Origin: an uncultured virus (IMG/VR IMGVR_UViG_3300044641_005651)
Taxonomy: Duplodnaviria; Heunggongvirae; Uroviricota; Caudoviricetes
Length of the DNA: 60,574 nucleotides
Virus record (IMG/VR): IMGVR_UViG_3300044641_005651
Direction: 5' to 3' (one strand)
A program made the translations under genes and the position numbers. The first letter of the stretch is position 1, and every line of letters starts with the position of its first letter. The notes below the pieces were generated by a model. That model had not been told where the DNA came from. It did not search any database and saw only the letters and a program-made list of their open reading frames with translations. This document shows positions 56,719 to 60,574 of this stretch, piece after piece.

Positions 56719-58029
56719 TTATAGTATATAAATTTGATAAAATCTGTAAAAAAGCTGTTCTACATTGTTTTGAAGTAAAAAAGCATAGGTAAATGGTAAT
56801 AGATCTAATTTATTTAACAGTAACCCTAGTGAAAAGAAAAGAAAAAGAACAATTAAGTAAAAAGTTCCTTGACTTAGTTCAAAACCTAAGTAAAAAATAG
56901 ACGATATAACTAATCCAAAAATCAATATGGGTATATACGACGATAAGTTAGTTATAAACTTATTGAATTTTTTAAGACAAGTCCACGATAGGTAAAAAGC
57001 AATGGTATTAGTAGATAATAATAACAATAAAAGTATTGGGAAATTGTCGTATATAGTTTTCCAGTTAATAAAATTGTTACTAGAGGTTATAATCTCTAGT
57101 AGTACAAACTCGCTAGGAACTATAGCTACTCCTAAAAACAACAAAGGAACTAACACAGATATATTTGCTGAATTATTAGCAGATTCTGCTGCAGCAGCTT
57201 GAGCAACAAAATTATCAGGCCTTAATTTCTTTTCTATATTAAAAGCTAGATTGCTGCTTATTCCATTACCTATATAAGGTATTAATCCGCTTATAAAGCC
57301 AATTATAGAAGATCTTAATATAGTAACTAAATTCTTAGAAGAAGTTTTAACTAAACTGAAGTTTACCAGAAAACTGTTACTAGTCCCTTTCATATTTTTG
57401 AGTTTTTTAGTCATAAAATATAAGCTTGGTAAAGCGTATATGCCCATAATAGCAGGTAAGGCTGGTATCCCAGAGTATAGATAAGGGTTATTAAATGTCA
57501 TAAAACTTGAATTTGATATGTCATTATACCCTACCTTACCAAAAAACCAACCAACAAGCAATAAAATAATTGAAGTAACTATCTTATTGTCAGAATAAAG
57601 CACGCACAAAAAAAGCCCAACAACTGCAAAAAATAAGGAGAAATAGGATTTTAGATAAAAAATATTAGATAAGAAAAAATCTATACTAAAGTATAAAATA
57701 ACCAAAGATAATAAAGAAGCTATAAGACTACCGAATGCACATAGATAATATACCTCATTCAGCCTATTAGATTCCAATATTTTGTCTTTTATAGAAAATA
57801 GTGGTAAGCTAGTATTTTCTCCAGGTATGCCAAAAGTGAGGGTAGTTACGCTTCCAAAATACTGACTTATAGAAGAGGCCACACAGTAAAATATTATGCA
57901 AAAAATAAGAGACTGTGAGATTAAAAAGGGAAAGCATATTAATAAAAAAGAGGTAGTTCCTAAACCGGGTAAGAGACCTATTAATATACCGGCAATCATA
58001 CCAAAAAAAGAGGCGATAACATAATCCAT
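56719..58029 (-). CDS. tctA: Tripartite tricarboxylate transporter permease TctA-like
   Basis: GILIGLLPGLG, QYFGS...GIPGE, GFISGLIPYIG, AAAESANNSA; multi-TM. Confidence 0.85.
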   Translation of the reverse strand: MDYVIASFFGMIAGILIGLLPGLGTTSFLLICFPFLISQSLIFCIIFYCVASSISQYFGSVTTLTFGIPGENTSLPLFSIKDKILESNRLNEVYYLCAFGSLIASLLSLVILYFSIDFFLSNIFYLKSYFSLFFAVVGLFLCVLYSDNKIVTSIILLLVGWFFGKVGYNDISNSSFMTFNNPYLYSGIPALPAIMGIYALPSLYFMTKKLKNMKGTSNSFLVNFSLVKTSSKNLVTILRSSIIGFISGLIPYIGNGISSNLAFNIEKKLRPDNFVAQAAAAESANNSANISVLVPLLFLGVAIVPSEFVLLEIITSSNNFINWKTIYDNFPILLLLLLSTNTIAFYLSWTCLKKFNKFITNLSSYIPILIFGLVISSIFYLGFELSQGTFYLIVLFLFFSLGLLLNKLDLLPFTYAFLLQNNVEQLFYRFYQIYIL

Positions 58030-58033
58030 AATT

Positions 58034-59344
58034 TTATTTCAAATTTACATAAATTAGATTCTGTAAATCTCTCTCAGTTAAATCAGCTATTAGTTTTTTT
58101 TGATTTATATTTTGTCTTGTATTGATGTTAGTAATTTTTATTTCTTTGTTATATAGGTAGCCAATTTTGTAAAAGTTTTTAAGTCTAATTAATCCATCTG
58201 GAAAAGATAGATCATCTAAATAATATTGTATATATGGACTACAATGTTTTTTTACATAATCTAACCCAGATCTCCATAGAGAATGTTCAATAGTATTTTG
58301 TGATTGAGTTATAAACCAATAATCATTTTCTGCGTGCCAATCTAGCTGATTTTTATCTGATTGAAACCAGTCTTTATTCCAAGTTGTATATAAAATAGGC
58401 CTTAAAATTCTATCAGTAGCATGTCGATTGTCTTTTAATAAAATAGGGGACTCATGAAAAAATATTTGATAGTAACGATTTTTTTCAAGCCATTTTTTAA
58501 TGACGTGAGCTTGTTTACATAATAGATCACAAGCATCTGGACTCCAATAAAAATACTCTATAGTGCTATTAGTGTATCGGGTCAAATTTTCTCCAATAGG
58601 TATTTGATTAGCAGTTCTATCCGTAAAAACAAGCTCAACTAAATTAGTTGTTTTCTGTATTCTTATTTTAGCTTTATCCATTCCAACAATTATACCGATT
58701 TTTTTATTTACATCTAAGACTCTTTCAACGTTTGCAAATTTACATAGATCAAATCTAGATGCGTCAACCGGATTTAATTCTTCTCTAACTTTTAGTGTCC
58801 AGCTTTCATCGTTGTTTTTGGTAAAAAAATCAAAAACTGAATTTGATGTATCTATTACTGTAATTTTAGTTTTAGGAGATAGGTTAGATATTTCGGCCAA
58901 TCTAAATTTAGTCTGTAGCTCGAACTCAGCTTCATAGCAATATTTTGCAGATGTCTCGATCGGATCAACAATAGCAAAATTTTTCATTGCGTTGTGCATT
59001 CTTGTAACAACAATCTCATCAATAAATAAACCTTGTCTTAAAAAAGACATGATTATATTCCAACTATCAGCTCCGCCACTAAAACTTATAATTATATAAT
59101 CATATAGCTCCCGTAAATGTTTTGATCTTATATCGTATAATTCATCTAGTGAACTATCTGGCTCTATAGTCCAGTCATAATTATTAAAAGCTTCGTTATT
59201 AAAATTCCAAGTTATAAGCTGATATGGTTTAATATTCAATTTATGATCTAGCTTATTAAAAAGTTTAGTTGCAAACATACAAGCCTCAACTTTTGAATAA
59301 AATATTCTATCTCCGACTGTATAATACCCTAGCTTTTTATTCAT
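58034..59344 (-). CDS. PP-loop adenine nucleotide alpha-hydrolase-like protein D
   Basis: YDYIIISFSGGADS, GMDK, EYFYWSPD..KQAH. Confidence 0.78.
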   Translation of the reverse strand: MNKKLGYYTVGDRIFYSKVEACMFATKLFNKLDHKLNIKPYQLITWNFNNEAFNNYDWTIEPDSSLDELYDIRSKHLRELYDYIIISFSGGADSWNIIMSFLRQGLFIDEIVVTRMHNAMKNFAIVDPIETSAKYCYEAEFELQTKFRLAEISNLSPKTKITVIDTSNSVFDFFTKNNDESWTLKVREELNPVDASRFDLCKFANVERVLDVNKKIGIIVGMDKAKIRIQKTTNLVELVFTDRTANQIPIGENLTRYTNSTIEYFYWSPDACDLLCKQAHVIKKWLEKNRYYQIFFHESPILLKDNRHATDRILRPILYTTWNKDWFQSDKNQLDWHAENDYWFITQSQNTIEHSLWRSGLDYVKKHCSPYIQYYLDDLSFPDGLIRLKNFYKIGYLYNKEIKITNINTRQNINQKKLIADLTERDLQNLIYVNLK

Positions 59345-59784
59345 GACTTTGCCTTATAAGTTTTAAAAAGTATATCCCAAACAGGAGTAAAAACTCCAAA
59401 ATTTTTAGTATACTCAGAGTGATGAACTAAGTGCCATTTACCGCTTGTAAGAAATGGGTATACATCAAAATGATAGTTATGTTCTACTCTTTCTTGGATA
59501 CAAACAGCCCAAACATAATAGATTATGAATACAGTAAAATCTTGAAAAACTAAACACAATAATATTGTAGGTATTATTTCTATCAGCCATTGATCTATGG
59601 TGCTTCTCCAGGTATCAAAAAATAAGAAATAGTTTGACCAATGATGTCCTTTATTAGTTTGTTTATAGATCTGTAAATGGTGATCTTGATGATATTTCCA
59701 TAGAAATGGAACAATATGTGCTAACCTATGACAAAGGTATAATAATAGAGACCAGACTATTAGTTGAAATATTAAATACGTCAT
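59341..59784 (-). CDS. Sterol desaturase / fatty acid hydroxylase family protein
   Basis: His boxes HRLAH, HQDHH, HLVHH and NFG..WD.LF.T. Confidence 0.88.
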   Translation of the reverse strand: MTYLIFQLIVWSLLLYLCHRLAHIVPFLWKYHQDHHLQIYKQTNKGHHWSNYFLFFDTWRSTIDQWLIEIIPTILLCLVFQDFTVFIIYYVWAVCIQERVEHNYHFDVYPFLTSGKWHLVHHSEYTKNFGVFTPVWDILFKTYKAKS

Positions 59785-60574
59785 TCAGATATCCTGTTCA
59801 TTAAGACTTCTCTGGTGCCGAAAAATGTTTTTGTCTGTGGTCTGTGTTTTCTATTTATCTCTAACTGCTCGAGCATATCTTTTAATTTAGGGTTAAAGAA
59901 ATACTGCGGTCTTATTTTCGGCCTATATCTAACAGCAAATACTCTTTCTTTGTAATCTGCCCAAGTTAAATCTGTATCTCTGACAGCTGCTAAACTAGCA
60001 TAGGCTATTTGTGGAGTGTGTAGAAAAAAATTACATATCTTTGCGGTTGGAAAAAGAGTAGAACAATAAAAATCCCACTCAGGAAGATAGTAATTTTGTT
60101 GCGAGATTATATCTTCTCCATCTCCTAGTATATGTCCCCCATCAACCCAAAGTCCTTTTTCGCCCAAAACATATTCGCAAGAAAGATATTGAGCAGAGGG
60201 CCAAGCAGTTCCGTTTATAGTTTTATATATCTTATCATAGTATATACTTAGAAAGTCACTAAGAGATAGTTTAATAACTTTGGCTTCAATCTTCAGCTCT
60301 CTTAAAGCTTTATAAGCAAAAAGCCTTTCTATCTCCAAACCTTCGAGATCTATTAAAACAGGAACAAAATCTACTTGTAACTTATGTAACCTTCTGATAA
60401 TAAATTCAGAATCGTAACCTCCACTAAAGGCTACAAATATCTTTTGAGAAGCAATATCTTTTATTACATTGTCTACCGCAACATCAAAGGGAACTTTCTC
60501 AAAGCTAGTTCTTTTAATACTAGCTTTGAAATCAACGTTTGGATTACTCCATCTTTCTGAAATATTTGTAGTTA
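59781..60574 (-). CDS. PP-loop adenine nucleotide alpha-hydrolase-like protein E (5'-truncated by the window edge)
   Basis: The frame of ORF 59781..60338 stays open to the window end and contains IFVAFSGGYDSEF, which the ORF track missed. Confidence 0.75.
   Translation of the reverse strand, partial: TTNISERWSNPNVDFKASIKRTSFEKVPFDVAVDNVIKDIASQKIFVAFSGGYDSEFIIRRLHKLQVDFVPVLIDLEGLEIERLFAYKALRELKIEAKVIKLSLSDFLSIYYDKIYKTINGTAWPSAQYLSCEYVLGEKGLWVDGGHILGDGEDIISQQNYYLPEWDFYCSTLFPTAKICNFFLHTPQIAYASLAAVRDTDLTWADYKERVFAVRYRPKIRPQYFFNPKLKDMLEQLEINRKHRPQTKTFFGTREVLMNRISE

Noticed and set aside
1965..57202. Short antisense or nested ORFs in the track (e.g. 3296..3649, 33317..33745, 40451..40849, 42045..42305)
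   Set aside because: Shadow frames of well-supported genes, with no SD or recognisable motifs.
1..60574. Stop-codon reassignment
   Set aside because: Genes are full length under the standard code, and TAA, TGA and TAG all end real genes.
47501..60574. Queuosine/7-deazaguanine DNA modification or lasso-peptide cluster
   Set aside because: The SGGxDS proteins lack the QueC Cys zinc motif; no folE/queD/queE/dpdA, lasso peptidase, RRE or clear precursor is visible.
47501..60574. Host chromosome flank (prophage boundary)
   Set aside because: Same strand and tight packing as the phage genes, incomplete transporters, no integrase, att site or housekeeping genes; an assembly chimera cannot be fully excluded.
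1..60574. tRNA or rRNA genes
   Set aside because: No cloverleaf or T-loop signature in the few intergenic gaps.

Overview
About 60.6 kb of a large, AT-rich, T5-related siphovirus genome; no host genes, rRNA, tRNA or CRISPR array were found. 1-14.0 kb (+) is a T5-syntenic replication/recombination block (family A DNA polymerase, D10 helicase, D11, D12/D13, D14, D15, dUTPase). It has a glycosyltransferase-like gene, a ~300-bp hairpin repeat element, class II RNR + glutaredoxin and ThyX added. 14.0-47.4 kb (-) is the late/structural region: phoH, terminase, portal, an in-frame protease-major capsid fusion, T5-like neck/tube/tape-measure genes, a lambda-like tail tip (M, L, split K, duplicated I, J carrying a Hint domain), fibres, and six tiny mostly Lys-rich genes. 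47.5-60.6 kb (-) is an accessory island with five PP-loop (SGGxDS) enzyme paralogs, TctA/TctC-like transporter parts, a peptide-binding protein, sulfotransferase, GNAT, desaturase/hydroxylase and an Ldh_2-like gene. Best leads: (1) a non-canonical Hint domain behind a ubiquitin-like VPxxxGG leader on tail protein J, next to Ubl and JAB genes; (2) the PP-loop/transporter island; (3) two structured non-coding elements, a covarying GGA-triloop array and a candidate pseudoknot/anti-SD switch. All family calls come from motif recognition by eye, not database searches.
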